Positions 36,426-50,724 of a stretch of DNA of 64,000 nucleotides are shown one piece after another (position 1 is the first letter of the stretch; each line of letters starts with the position of its first letter). The stretch spans positions 96,127,064 through 96,191,063 of the forward strand of contig NC_092371.1 of the NCBI RefSeq assembly GCF_030028105.1, given 5' to 3'. The stretch is from Mobula birostris (taxonomy: Eukaryota). Made by a program: the position numbers and the translations under genes. Under the pieces are notes generated by a model. The model saw only the letters and a list, made by a program, of their open reading frames with translations. It made no database searches and had not been told where the DNA came from.

Positions 36426-36984
36426 TAGTGTCCACATTGGACAGGTTGAAATTCACACTCCAAGGAGGAATACGAATGCGAGGAAATGTCCGTTTAGCAT
36501 CTGGGAGTATATTAGATTAGGGGTTAATTAGACCCCTAATTAATTATATTAGAGTAGGAGTTAATTCTATGTGGAGAGTTGTGAATGTTATACCTAAATT
36601 TTTCAATGTTCAGAACAGAGTAGCCATCTCATTGAAATAGTAAAAACCCTTACTACACTTGACGATGTGGATGTGTGAAATTAATATTGAAGTAGTTTCC
36701 GAAGAGATCGGATAAATCAAACGGAAATGGGGAAACCTGGACTGGTGATATTTCACACAATATATAAGACCATAAGACCATAAGACAAAGGAGCAGAAGT
36801 CGGCCATTCGTCCCATCGAGTCTGCTCCGCGGGACTTCCGGTAGAGCTCATGGAGTGAAGTCGTGTTCTTGACTCGCTCCATTACCTCTGAGTTTTTCTT
36901 CTTATGATCAGCTATATTTTAACTAACCATTAAGGCATCGATTTTTACAATACGTTGAAACAAATTTGGCTCTTTGATAATCGG

Positions 36985-37848
36985 ATGTTTTTAAGGTCTG
37001 CTATGTCTAAGAATGGAAAAAATGGAAAAGACGGCAAACCTCTGGTTAGACCGAAAGGTACCGATCTTACTCCGACTGAACCACCGGTGACTTTGAAAGC
37101 TATATCGGATCTAATTCAAAGGGAAATTTCAACCTCTATTACGGAACTGATTCGTTCGGAAATTTCAATTAATTTCCAGAAAATTGCCGATTCAATCGAT
37201 AAAATACAATTATCTATTACGGAATATCAGTCGGCTATATCTAATCTTCAAAAATCCACGCAACAAAATGAACTCAAGATGGGGAAAATTGAAGAAACAA
37301 TTACTATAATGAAGAAAAAACTTGACTTTCTGACCTTTAAAAACTCTGACTTAGAATCCCTAATGCGACGGCAGAATCTTCGAATGATTGGTGTGCGTGA
37401 AGCAGTGGAATCTGACAACCCTATGAAGTTTTTTTCTCAACTTTTAAAAGATGCATTTCCTACTGTATTTCCTGACCAACCACCGTTATTGGATCGAGTT
37501 CATAGAGTTCCATCATACACGTCTAAGTCAGATAAACTTCGACATGTCATCTTACGTTTTCATTACTTTCAAGACAAGGAGAAACTGTTTCGATTCGTTC
37601 GATCTAAAGGTTACATTGATTTTTCGGATCTTAATTTCCGATTCGTGGAGGATCTCAGTAAACCAATTCGGGATCAACGGGTTCGTTACAGATCTGTGAT
37701 GTCGGAACTCTACAAGATGGATTTAAAACCAGCGCTGCTTTACGCAGCACGTCTAAGGATTCGCACGTTGGATGGAGCCCTCCGTTTTTTTGAATCTCCA
37801 TCGCATGCCCAGAGTTATCTGGATCAATTTTCACCTTCAACATCTTAA
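36985..37848 (+). CDS. L1 ORF1p (coiled coil + RRM/CTD), open
   Basis: RRQNLRMIGVRE, LDRVHRV, VILRFHYFQDKE, LLYAARLRI motifs; ATG at 36985 or 37003. Confidence 0.88.
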   Translation: MFLRSAMSKNGKNGKDGKPLVRPKGTDLTPTEPPVTLKAISDLIQREISTSITELIRSEISINFQKIADSIDKIQLSITEYQSAISNLQKSTQQNELKMGKIEETITIMKKKLDFLTFKNSDLESLMRRQNLRMIGVREAVESDNPMKFFSQLLKDAFPTVFPDQPPLLDRVHRVPSYTSKSDKLRHVILRFHYFQDKEKLFRFVRSKGYIDFSDLNFRFVEDLSKPIRDQRVRYRSVMSELYKMDLKPALLYAARLRIRTLDGALRFFESPSHAQSYLDQFSPSTS

Positions 37849-38557
37849 TCGTAATTTTTAACTATCTGCGTTTGACCGGAGGTTGTGAATCTGTTGGCCT
37901 TAATTTTTTTTTGCCTTATATGGGCAGAAAAGTTTATTTTTGATTAATTAATATGGTTGCTAAACTTTCTTTCTATCTGCGTCATTCCTTTCTTTTTTTC
38001 CCCAGGGGATTCTGGGTGGTTATTTCCTCAGCGTCACTCTACGTATTTCCTTTGAAGCCTTAAATTTTGTAGTTTTTAAATCTTTTTTTGTAGGTTTTTA
38101 TAACTAGTTTATGTCAATAATTTCATTTCTTTTTTTTTGTTTATTCATGGGGTCTGGGGTTTGTTGCGGTTTTTTTATATTTTCTGGCTTTTTCTCTATT
38201 ATATTAAGTATTTGTTTGAATTGATTTACTTTTTTTTATTCTTTTACTATTTTATAATTTGCTGATCTTTTTTATATTTACACTTTTTTTTAGTGAGCGT
38301 CTATCGGAAGTCATGGGGGTAGTTTTAGTGCTTGCTTCTTTCTAGCTGGTCTGTTTTAGATTTAGCCTTGGGGTCATGGGGTGGGGGGGGGTGGGAGGGG
38401 CTTCACGTTTTAGTTTTTTTCTTCTTGGGTTATTTACACTATTGAAGTATTGGTTACGTTCTCCTTCCTGGTATCTCTTGCTTGCTCTGTTCCCTTTCCG
38501 GGTTCGTGGGTCGAGCCTATCGTCAATCCTCCTTTTTGCTGGTTGACTTTAGGGTTT

Positions 38558-41500
38558 ATGGAGTCTATTATTAATTTTGTCTCCTGGAATACTAATGGTC
38601 TTAACTATCCTATTAAAAGGAAAAAAGTTTTTAAAGTGTTCTGGAGACTTAAAGCACAAATTCTATTTTTACAAGAGACCCATGTGCGGAGGGGGGACTG
38701 ACTACGTTTTTTTAAATTCTGGAAGGAATAACAGTTTCATTCGAACTCTAACGCTAAAATTCGAGGCGTCTCTATTTTTATAGACTCCTCAGTTACTTTT
38801 ATACAACATGATATTATCTCTGATCCGAATGGTAGATTTCTACGGGTTAGTGGTTTACTATTTAATAAAAAGGTAGTTTTGGTTAATGTTTATGCTCCCA
38901 ATATGGACTGTCCCGAATTTTATAAATCATTATTCAATCAGTTCCCGAATTTGAATGAGTTTTCATTGATCTGGGGTGGAGATCTTAATACCTGTTTATC
39001 TCCAGCTTTGGACCGTTCGGTTCCTCTACGGACCTTACCTAATAAATCTGCAACTTTGATTAATTCATTCCTCTCTGATTCTGGGTCGACGGACATTTGG
39101 CGTTTTTTCAATCCTCAGGAAAAAGATTTTTCTTTTTTTACACATGTTCACCATTCCTATTCAAGAATTGATTACTTCTTTATTGACTCTCGTCTCATTT
39201 CTTCAGTGATTAAATGTGATTATGACTCTATAACCATTTCGGATCATGCTCCACTTAAGCTTTCTATTAAAATTCAGGCTAATACACAAAATAATAGACA
39301 ATGGCGTTTTAATTCGCTGTTGCTTCAGGACTCGGATTTTGTTAACTTTATGAATACACAGATTGATCTTTTTTTTACAATCTATACAGAGGATATTTCG
39401 GTGAACATTCTTTGGGATACTTTTAAAGCTTATATTCATGGTCAGATTATGTCGTATTCTGCTGCTTTGAGGAAGAAGCTGAAGCAGGAAGAGTTGGCAA
39501 TTGTGGACAAGATTAAGGAAATTGATAAGAAATATGTTATAGCTCCCTCTGAGGAGTTATATAAACAAAGAACTGAACTTCAAATGGAACACAATTTATT
39601 ACTTTCGTCCTCGATTGTAAACCAATCAAAGAAAACAAAAAATGAATTTTATGTACGCAGTGACAAAATTGGCAAACTGTTGGCTAACCAATTGAAATCT
39701 AATTATACTAAGTCTCAAATTAATCAGATTTATAATCAAAATGATCAACTGATACTTGATCATGCGGGGATTAATCAAACCTTTTTTGATTTTTATTCTT
39801 CCTTATATCAATCAGAGTCCTCTCGAGACTCTACATATATGAATGATTTTTTAGATAACCTAGAATTCCCTGAGATTTCACAGGATATGTCTTCTATGCT
39901 AGATAGTCCCATTACCACTGATGAGATTAAGAATGTTATTTCCTCTATGAACCTGGGGAAAGCTCCTGGCCCTGATGGGTTTACCGCAGAATTTTATAAA
40001 TGTTTTGCATCTTCATTAATCCCGTGGTTCTGTAGGGTTTTCGAGGCTTCATTAAAACTGGGTAAACTTCCCGAATCTTTCAATAGAGCGTCAATCTCTC
40101 TAATATTAAAGAAGGATAAAGATCCTGCTCAATGTGCATCTTATAGACCAATCTCTTTACTAAATGTTGATTCTAAATTTTTTTCTAAATTATTAGCAAA
40201 CAGATTAGAAAAAGTACTTCCTTTTATTATTTCGGAAGACCAAACGGGTTTTATTAGAGGTTGTTACTCTTTCTATAACATACGTACACTGTTAAATATT
40301 GTTTATACCCCCTCACAAAATGTTCCTGAGTGTGTTATCTCTTTAGATGCTGAGAAAGCTTTTGATAGAGTAGAATGGCCTTACTTATTTAAGGTGCTTG
40401 AAATGTTTAATTTTAGCTCGAAATTTATATCCTGGATCAAACTGTTGTATCATTCTCCTGTAGCCTCGGTCCGTACTAACTCTTTAAGCTCACCTTTTTT
40501 CCCTCTTTTTCGAGGTACTCGACAAGGCTGTCCTCTTAGTCCTTTATTATTTGATATTGCATTAGAACCTCTTGCAATTGCCATTCGAGAATCTCCAAAT
40601 ATTACTGGGATAACTCGGGGCTTAAAGTCCCATAAAATATCACTCTATGCTGATGACTTACATATATATATTTCTAATCCTCAAAAATCCATCCCTGCTG
40701 TTTTAGATTTATTAGCACAATTTAGTCTTTTTTCAGGTTATAAAGTAAATCTTAGTAAGAGTTAACTTTTCCTGATTAATAAACAACTTCCCTTATATCA
40801 CAACTTTCCGTTTAAGTTGATTAATAATTATTTTTCATATCTTGGGATTAAAATTACTTGTAAACACAAATATTTATTTAAGATTAATTTTTTACCCTTA
40901 ATTGACCATATTACTCAACTTTCATCTAAATGGTTTCCATTTAATTTAACTTTGATTGGTCGTATTAATGCAGTTAAGATGTTTTTTCTGCCAAAATTTT
41001 TATATATATTTCAGGCATTACCGATTTTTTTGATAAAGTTGACTCAAAAATTTCTTCATTTATTTGGCAAAATAAAAACCCGAGACTGGGTAAAATACAT
41101 TTACAGAAAGCTAAGAGAGATGGAGGTTTAGAATTACCTAACTTTAGATTCTATTATTGGGCAATTACTATTCGACATATGAAATTTTGGTTACTTGACC
41201 AGGATATACTATCCATTCCTAAATGGGTAGTATTGGAATTACAATCTGCTCAGGGCTATACACTTGGCTCTATTTTAGGTTCCTCTCTTCCTTTTGATTT
41301 GAAACACCTCAAACAAGTCTCTAACCCGGTAGTTAAATATACCTTACGTATTTGGTTTCAATTCAGAAAATTTTTTGATCTTAACCAATTTGGGCTAGCG
41401 ATTCCTATTTTAGGTAACATATTTTTTCTTCCCTCTTTCACGGATCATGCTTTTCAAATTTGGAAGACTAAGGGTATTTCATGGTTTTTGGATTTATTTT

Positions 41501-42320
41501 TAGATGGTTCCCTTATGTCTTTTGAACAATTATCTATTAAATATAATTTATCAAGAATACATTTTTTTAGATATCTACAGGTTAGAAATTTCCTAAGTAC
41601 TATACTTTCTTCCTTTCCAATGCTTCCTCCTATATACATTTTAGATACTATAATTAACCTTAATCCATGTCAGAAAGGTGCATCGGCTATGATTTATAAT
41701 ATTATTATGAAACTTAGGAAAGCTCCATTTGATAAGATTAGGGTAGATTGGGAACAGGAATTGGGCTCTATCATTTCCGTGGATGACTGGGGGCAGATTT
41801 TACAATTAGTCAATACTTCCTCTATCTGTGCTAAACATTCTCTAATTCAACTTAAAGTTGTTCATAGAGCACATATGTCCAAAGATAAATTAGCTCGTTT
41901 TTATTCTCATAATAATCCTTTTTGTGATAGATGTCCGGGGCAGATAGCCTCTTTAACTCATATGTTTTGTTCTTCTCCTACGCTGGAAACTTTTTGGAGA
42001 GACATTTTTAATATTATCTGAAAGGTATTGAATATAGATATCTCTCCTCACCCTATTACTGCTATCTTTGGATTACCTAAAATTTCCAGTAATCTTCCTC
42101 CTTCAGCCCGTAGAATGATTGCATTTCTTACTTTAATGGCGAAAAGATGTATCTTACAACATTGGAAAGAGCTTAATGCTCCATCTACCTTTTTTTGGTT
42201 TTCTCAGACGATATTATGCTTGAATTTGGAGAAAATTAGAAGCAATCTTTATGATTCCTCACTTAAATTTGAACAGACCTGGATATCTTTTATTCAATAT
42301 TTTCAATTAATTTTTTTTTC
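38558..42320 (+). pseudogene. L1 ORF2p (APE + RT + CCHC), inactivated
   Basis: FVSWNTNGL, FLQETH, SRIDYFF, SDHAPL, KAPGPDGF, LDAEKAFDRVEW, GTRQGCPLSP, LYADD, CDRC..SLTHMF; stops at ~38699 and ~40763, frameshift near 41030. Confidence 0.92.
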
Positions 42321-44061
42321 TTCCCCTTTTTGCTCCATATTTATATTCCCTTCTTGTTTTTTTCTACTGTTTTTAATGGAGGTCGGGTTTGAGGACGTGA
42401 TTTTAAGTCTTTTAACTCTACTTGTTTCCAAATTAGCCCATTGCTTTGCTTTGCTTTTAGTTTAGTTCCACGGTGGGTTTTTTTTGGGTTTTTTCCCCTT
42501 TTTCTATTGATATATATATATATGTATATATTAGTATACTATTATGTTACCTTATTATTCTATGCTTCAATTACATTGTTTGTATCATTTCTTTTCTGTT
42601 TTAATATCTTCTGTAATTTTATTATATTCTAACAGTGTATTAGTGCCTATATGGCTTACCTTTTGTATACTTATTCAATAAAAAGATTTAAAAAGAAAGA
42701 AAGAGTCTGCTCCGCCATTTTATCATGAGCTGATCCATTCTCCCATTTAGTCCCACTCCCCCGCCTTCTCACCATAACCTTTGATGCCCTGGCTACGCAG
42801 ATACCTATCAATCTCTGCCTTAAGTACATCCAATGACTTGGCCTCCACTGCCGCCCGTGGCAACAAATTCCATAGATTCACCACCCTCGGACTAAAAAAA
42901 CTTCTTCGCATTTCTGTTGTGAAAGGGCGCCCTTCAATCCTTAAGTCATGCCCTTTCGTACTAGACTCCCCCATCATGGGAAACAACTTTGCCAGATCCA
43001 CTCTGTCCATGCCTTTCAACATTCGAAATGTTTCTATGAGGTCTCCCCTCATTCTTCTAAATTCCAAGGAATACAGTCCTAGAGCGGACAAACGTTCCTC
43101 ATATGTTAACCCTCTCACTCCCGGGAACATTCTAGTGAGTCTTCTCAGTACCCTCTACAACGTCAGCACATCCTTTCTTAAAGAAAGAGACCAAAACTGC
43201 CCACAGTACTCCAAGTGAGGTCTCACCAGCGCCTTATAGAGCCTCAACATCACATCCCTGCTCCAATACTCTATTCCTCTAGAAACGAATCCCAACATTG
43301 CATTCGCCTTCTTCACCACCGACTCAACCTGCAGGTTAACCTTAAAGGTATCCTGTACGAGGACTCCCAAGTCCCGTTGCATCTCAGAACTTTGAATTTT
43401 TCCTCATTTAAATAATAGTCTGCCCGTTTATTTCTTCTGCCAAAGTGCGTAACCATACACTTTCCAACACTGTATTTCATTTGCCACTTCTTTGCCCATT
43501 CTTCCAATCTATCCAAGTCTCTCTGCAGATTCTCTGCTTCCTCAGCACTACTGGCCTCTCCACCTATCTTCGTATCATCAGCAAATTTAGCCACAAAGCC
43601 ATCTATTCCATAATCCAAATCGTTGATGTACAATGTAAAAAGAAGCGGCCCCAACACGGACCCCTGGGGAACAGCACTGGTAACAGGCAGCCAACCAGAA
43701 TAGGATCCCTTTATTCCCACTCTCCGTTTCCTGCCAATCAGCCAACGCTCTATCCACGTACGTAACTTTCCCTTAATTCCATGGGCTTTTATCTTGTTAA
43801 GTAGCCTCATGTGTGGCAGTTTGTCAAAGGCCTTATGAAAATCCAAATATACAACATCCACTGCATCTCCCTTGTCTAGCGTACTTGTAATTTCCTCAAA
43901 AAATTGTAATAGGTTTGTCAGGCAGGATTTTCCTTTAAGGAATCCATTCTGAGTTCTGCCTATCTTGTCATATGCCTCCAGGTACTCTGTAACCTCATCC
44001 TTGACAATCAGCTCCAACAAATTCACAACGGCCAATGTCAAGTTAACAGATCTATAATTTC

Positions 44062-47000
44062 ACCGAAGATAGAACATAGAATAGTACAGCACAGTACAGG
44101 CCCTTCGGTCCACAATTTTGTGCCTACCCTCAAACCCTGCCTCTCATATAAGCCCCCATTTTAGATTCCTCCATATACCTTTCTAGTAGTCTCTTAAACT
44201 TCACTAGAATATCTGCCTCCACCACTGACTCAGGCAGTGCATTCCACGCACCAACCACTCTCTGAGTAAAAAACCTTACTCTAATATCCCCCTTGAACTT
44301 CCCGCCCCTTACCTAAAAGCCATGTCCTCTTGTATTGAGCAGTGGTGCCCTGGGGAAGACGCGCTGGCTATCCACTCTATATATTCCTCTTATCATCTTG
44401 TACACCTCTATCATGTCTCCTCTCATCCTCCTTCTCTCCAAAGAGTAAAGCCCCAGCTCACTTAATCTCTGATCATAATGCATACTCTCTAAACCAGGCA
44501 GCATCCTGGTAAATCTCCTCTGTACCCTTTCCAATGCTTCCATATCCTTCCTATAGTGAGGTGACCAGAACTGGACACAGTACTCCAAGTGTGGCCTAAC
44601 CAGAGTTTTATAGAGCTGCATCATTACATCGCGACTCTTAAACTCTATCCTTCGACTTATGAAAGCTAACACCCCGTAAGCTTTCTTATCTGCCCTATCC
44701 ACCTGTGAGGCAACTTTCAGGGATCTATCTATACCCCGAGATCCCTCTGCTCCTCCATACTACCAAGTATGCTGCCATTTACTTTGTACTCTGCCTTGGA
44801 GTTTGTCCTTCCAAAGTGGACCACCTCACACATCTCCGGGTTGAACTCCATCTGCCACTTCTCAGCCCACTTCTGCATCCTATCAATGTCTCTCTGCAAT
44901 CTTTGACAATCCGCTACAGAATCTACAACACCACCAACCTTTGTGTCGTCTGCAAACTTGCCAACCTACCCTTCTACCCCTACATCCAAGTCGTTAATAA
45001 AAATCACGAAAAGTAGAGGTCCCAGAACAGATCCTTGTGGGACACCACTAGTCACAATCCTCCAATCTGAGTGTACTCCCTCTACCACCACCCTCTGCCT
45101 TCTGCAGGCAAACCAATTCTGAATCCACCTGGCCAAACTTCCCTGGATCCCATGCCTTCTAACTTTCTGAATAAGCCTACCGTGTGGAACCTTGTCAAAT
45201 GCCTTACTAAAATCCATATAGATCACATCCACTGCCCTACCCTCATCTATATGCCTGGTCACCTCCTCAAAGAACTCTATCAGGCTTGTTAGACACGATC
45301 TTCCCTTCACAAAGCCATGCTGACTGTCCCTGATCAGAACATGATTCTCTAAATGCCTATAGATCCTATCTCTAAGAAACTTTTCCAACAGTTTTCCCAC
45401 CACAGACGTAAGGTTCACTGGTCTATAATTACCCGGACTATCCCTACTACCTTTTTTGAACAAGGGAACAACATTCGCCTCCCTCCAATCCTCCGGTACC
45501 ATTCCCATTGTCAGCGAGGGCATAAAGATCCTAGCCAGATACTCAGCAATCGCTTCTCTCGCCTTGTGGAGCAGCCTGGGGAATATTCCGTCAGGCCCCG
45601 GGGACTTATCTGTCCTAATGTATTTTAACAACTCCAACACCTCCTCTCCCTTAATATCAACATACTCCAGAACATCAACCTCACTCATATTGTCCTCACC
45701 ATCATCAAGTTCCCTCTCACTGGTGAATACCGAAGAGAAGTATTCATTGAGGACCTCGCTCACTTCCACAGCCTCCAGGCACATCTTCCCACCTTTATCT
45801 CTAATCGGTCCTACCTTCACTCCTGTCATCCTTTTTTCTTCACATAATTGAAGAATGCCTTGGGATTTTCCTTTCCGCTACTCGCCAAGGCATTCTCAAG
45901 CCTCCTTCTTGCTCTTCTCAGCCCATTCTTAAGCTCTTTTCTTGCTTCCCTATATTCCTCAATAGACCTATCTGATCCTTGCTTCCTAAACCTCATGTAC
46001 GCTGTCTTCTTCCACCTGACTAGATTTTACACCTCACTTGTCACCCATGGTTCCTTCACCCTACCATTCTTTATCTTCCTCACCGGGACAAATTTATCCC
46101 TTACATCCCGCAAGAGATCTCTAAACATCGACCACATGTCCATAGTACATTTCCCTGCAAAAACATCATCCCAATTCACATATGCAAGTTCTAGCCTTAT
46201 AGCCTCATAATTTGCCCTTCCCCAATTAAAAATTTTCCTGTCCTCTCTGATTCTATCCTTTTCCATGTTAATTATAAAGGCCAGGGAGCGGTGGTCACTG
46301 TCCCCCAGATGCTCACCCACTGAGAGATCTGTGACCTGACCCGGTTCATTACCTAGTACTAGATCTAGTATGGCATTCCCCCTGTTCGGCCTGTCCACAT
46401 ACTGTGACAGGAATCCATCCTGGACACACTTAGCAAACTCTGCCCCATCTAAACCCTTGGAACTAATCAGGTGCCAATCAATATTAGGGAAGTTAAAGTC
46501 ACCCATAATAACAACCCTGTTATTTTTGCACCTTTCCAAAATCTGCCTCCCAATCTGCTCCTCTGTATCTCTACTGCTACCAGGGGGTCTATAGAATACC
46601 CCCAATAGAGTAACTGCTCCCTTCCTGTTCCTGACTTCCACCCATACTGACTAAAAAGGGGATCCTGCTACATTACCCACCCTTTCTGTAGGTGTAATAG
46701 TATCCCTGACCAGTAATGCCACCCCTCCTCCCTTTTTCCGCCCTCTCTATCCCTTTTAAAGTACTGAAATCCAGGAATATTGAGAATCCATTCCTGCCCT
46801 CGTGCCAGCCAAGTCTCTGTTATGGTCACTACATCATAATTCCATGTATGTATCCAAGCTCTCAGTTCATCACCTTTGTTCCTGATGCTTCTTGCATTGA
46901 GGTACACAAATTTCAGCCCTTCTACCTTACTGTCTTTACACCGTTTATTCTGCTTCTCTTTCCTCAAAGCCTCTCTGTATGTTAGATCTGGCTTTACTCC

Positions 47001-47398
47001 ATGCACTTCTTTCACTGCTCTATCGCTCTGGGTCCCATCCCCCTCGCAAATTAGTTTAAACTTTCCCGAACCATGCTAGCAAACCTACCTGCAAGGATAT
47101 TGCTCCCCCCTCGAGTTCAGGTGCAACCCATCCAATCTGTACAGGTCCCACCTTCCCCAGAAGAGATCCCAATGCTCTAAAAATCTAAAACCCTGCTCCC
47201 TGCACCAACTCCTCAGCCACACATTCAACTGCCATCTCCTCAATTCTTACCATCACTGCCACGTAGCACTGGCAGCAATCCTGAGAACGTCACCCTTGAG
47301 GTCCTGTTCTTCAGCCTTCTGCCTAATTCCCGAAACTCACACTTCAGGACCTCATCCCTCTTCCTGCCTATGTCGTTGGTCCCAACATGTATCGCGAC
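44062..47398 (-). mobile_element. Second CR1 family copy (ORF2 + end of esterase-type ORF1), nested
   Basis: ATAGAACATAGAATAGTACAGC tail; RT/endonuclease ORFs 44313-47015; HVGTND..LDGLHLN SGNH-esterase remnant at ~47050-47398. Confidence 0.9.
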
Positions 47399-47497
47399 TT
47401 TCCTTTTTGCTTCCTTATTCCCTTCTTAAATAGCGGAGCGATATTTGCAATTTTCCAGTCCTCCGGAAACATGCCAGAATCTATCGACTTTTGAAAG

Positions 47498-48599
47498 GTA
47501 GTCATAGTCAGAGTCATAGTCATACTTTATTGATCCCGGGGGAAATTGGTTTTCGTTACAGTTGCACCATAAATAATTAAATAGTAATAAAACCATAAAT
47601 AGTTAAATAGTAATATGTAAATTATGCCAGGAAATAAGTCCAGGACCAGCCTATAGGCTCAGGGTGTCTGACCCTCCAAGGGAAAAGTTGTAAAGTTTGA
47701 TGGCCACAGACAGGAATGACGTTCTATGACGCTCTGTGTTGCACCTCGGTGGAATGAGTCTCTGGCTGAATGTACTCCTGTGCCCACCCAGTACATTATG
47801 TAGTGGATGGGAGACATTGACCAAGATGGCATGCAACTTGGACAGCATCCCCTTTTCAGACACCACCGTCAGAGAGTCCAGCTCCATCCCCACAACATCA
47901 CTGGCCTTACGGATGAGTTTGTTGATTCTGTTGGTGTCTGCTACCCTCAGCCTGCTGCCCCAGCACACAACAGCAAACATGATCGCACTGGCCACCACAG
48001 ACTCGTAAAACATCCTCAGCATCATCCGGCAGATGTTAAATTACCTCAGTCTCCTCAGGAAATAGAGACGGCTCTGACCCTTCTTCTAGACAGCCTCAGT
48101 GTTCTTTGACCAGTCCAGTTTATTGTCAATTCGTATCCCCAGGTATTTGTAATCCTCCACCATGTCCACACTGACCCCTTGGATGGAAACAGGGGTCGCC
48201 GGTAACTTAGCTCTCCTCAGGTCTACCACCAGCTCCTTAGTCTTTTTCACATTAAGCTGCAGATAATTCTGCTCACACCATGTGACAAAGTTTCCTACCG
48301 TAGCCCTGTACTCAGCCTCATCTCCCTTGCTGATGCATCCAACTATGGCAGAGTCATCAGTAAACTTCTGAAGATGACAGGACTCTGTGCAGTAGTTGAA
48401 GTCCGAGGTGTAAATGGTGAAGAGAAAGGGAGACAAGACAGTCCCCTGTGGAACCCCAGTGCTGCTGATCACTGTGTCGGACACACAGTGTTGCACGCAC
48501 ACGTACTGTGTACTGCCAGTCAGGTAATCAACAATCCATGACACCAGGAAAGGATCCACCTGCATCGCTGACAGCTTCTCCCTCAGGAGAGCAGGGCGG
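47498..48599 (-). mobile_element. Rex1/Babar LINE 3' fragment nested in CR1
   Basis: PQGTVLSPFLFTIYTSDF, QKFTDDSAIVG, YKYLGIRIDNKLDWS, FYESVVASAIMFAVVCWGS; (ACTATG)n-type tail; host CR1 rejoins as TTTTGAAAG|ATCATCGC. Confidence 0.9.
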
Positions 48600-50724
48600 A
48601 TCATCGCTAATGCCTCCACAATCTCCACAGCTACTTCCTTCAGAACACGAGGGTGCATTCCACCTAGTCCGGGAGATTTATCTACCTTTAGAGTACTCAG
48701 CTTCCGGAGTACTTTCTCTGTCGTAATTGTGACTGCGCACATTTCTCTTCCCTGCCACCCTTGAGTGTCCGGTATACTGCTGATGTCTTCCTCGGTTGAC
48801 ACTGATGCAAAATACTCGTTCAGTTCCTCCGCTATCTCCTTATCTCCCATTACAATTTCTCCAGCATCATTTTCTATCGGTCCTATATCTACTCTCGCCT
48901 GTCTTTTACTCTTCATATAGTTGAAAAATCTTTTAGTATCCTCTTCGATATTACTTGCTTCCTTCCTTTCATAGTTAATCTTCTCCCTCTTAATGACCTT
49001 CTTAGTTTCCTTTTGTAAGCTTTTAAAAACTTCCCAATTCTCTGTCTTCCCACTAATTTTTGCTTCCCTGTATGCCCTTTCCTTTGACTTAACTTTGTCT
49101 TTGACTTCTCTTGTCAACCACGGTTGCATCCTTTTTCCACTCGAAAATTTCTTCTTTTTGGAATATACCTGTCTTGCACCTTCCTCACTTCTCGCATAAA
49201 CTCCAGCCACTGCTGCTCTGCTGTCTTTCCCGCCAGTGTCCCTTTCCAGTCAACTTTGGCCAGTTCCTCTCTCATGCCATTGTAATTTCCTTTACTCCAC
49301 TGAAATGTCGACACATCAGATTTCGGCTTCTCCTTTTCTAATTTCACAGTGAACTCAACCATGTTATGATCACTGCCTCCAAAGGGTTCTTTCACCTCAA
49401 TCTCTCTAATCACCTCCGGTTCATTACACAATACCCAATATTGTGCAATACGTTGAGGTGTTGCAGAACAATAAATCATAAGTAATGTTTTGACATTTAT
49501 TATTGATTAACAGCAAGTGATGAGTCCATATTTAGACGTACGACTGACCTTTTGTTTTTGATCTTTCAATTTTGATTTGCCAAATGTAGTAGAAAGTGTT
49601 TACGATATTACTTTCACACATTATTGTTTGGCTTCGCATAGAGGAGGTAAGTGGTATATTTAAATGACTTGGTCTGGACTCAGCCGTCTTTGAGTGAAGA
49701 TTAACATAATTTGAGAACCAAAAAGTTTCTTTTTATATGAAGCATTCCCAACTTTCTCCTCAGAGATCAGACATATACGGTACTCATCCATGACACTGAT
49801 AGATTTAAGAACACTTTGTGAAGCGCAGCGTAGGAGGAACGGCAGGACAATTGGCTGGATACATGGTCTTACTGGAGCAGGGATAGGAAGTGGGTGGAGC
49901 TAGATGGTCCAGTGTTGGTACTGCTGCATCTTTCTTCGGTCTTTGACTTGTTAGATGCGACCAAAATATTACTAATTTACAACAAGGAACCTATAATATA
50001 ATCAGATATTTAATAAAATCAAAGATTGCATGCTTACGGAAATGCTGAACTGTCTCAGCTGGCTTTTGTTTCAACGATGACTATAAATTGCTGGAGAAAT
50101 ATTAAACCTGAGAACAGAACGAATATGGTGATTACGGATTTCACTGGGATTCACTTCGGGGAGTTCTTATTGACGTCACTTTCCGGTGGAATTTTTATGT
50201 ACCATAAGCAGAGCCAAGTTTAAGCAAAGCATAACGTGCAAGCATAAAATGGACGTTTATATCAGGACTGCTTCGACAATGAGGGGGAGATGGGTTAGAG
50301 GGATTCTGTGTGCCTGGGCCACGGAATCCATTCAGGTTACTCAAAGAACCAATCTCACACTATTGTTAATGATCTCGGCGACAAGGAGGAAACATTCACC
50401 ATTTAAATGCACTGTTGAGAAACGTTACTGCTCGCACCCTCACACGCATGTTCAGGATCAATAAACACCTGGACAAATCCTAACTCGAAATAATCCCAAA
50501 ATTAGCATAATTAATGTCTTCTCATTACGCACATTGACCACTGCTCTAATAAGGATCATTGCCAACGGTGACTTCTACATAATATTATTGCACCCCAGCA
50601 ATCGTACCCCTACTGCGACAACCACCAGAACAGCTGACACCTTGTGCATGCGACCATCTAATACAACATAGTAATCGTTCATCCAACAAGCAATCTGATT
50701 ACTTTCAGTAAAAAGGTGGAACAG

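Larger units (their letters stand above)
36831..42702 (+). mobile_element. Full-length L1-clade LINE with 13-bp TSD
   Basis: TSD GAGTCTGCTCCGC at 36818-36830 and 42703-42715; ORF1, ORF2, AATAAA at 42677-42682 and A-rich tail. Confidence 0.93.
36764..49435 (-). mobile_element. CR1 LINE (CCATAAGA tail family) split into four pieces by nested insertions
   Basis: Pieces 36764-36830, 42703-44061, 47399-47497, 48600-49435 rejoin to match the reverse complement of 60508-63130; candidate TSD CAATAT at 36758-36763 and 49436-49441. Confidence 0.88.

Noticed and set aside
36614-49645. Possible exon rejoined after removing the TE nest (acceptor ~36613, donor GTAAGT ~49646, THYC)
   Set aside because: Many stops in every frame; D-x-Y-x-C spacing does not fit an Ig domain.
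50171-50178. CRE site TGACGTCA (also within the hAT copies near 56235 and 59609)
   Set aside because: Isolated 8-mer with no associated leader or octamer; the other two lie inside a transposon.
50330-50720. Hydrophobic minus-strand reading reminiscent of GPCR TM5-TM7
   Set aside because: Requires stops and frameshifts and lacks NPxxY, CWxP or other anchor motifs; cannot be supported without a search.
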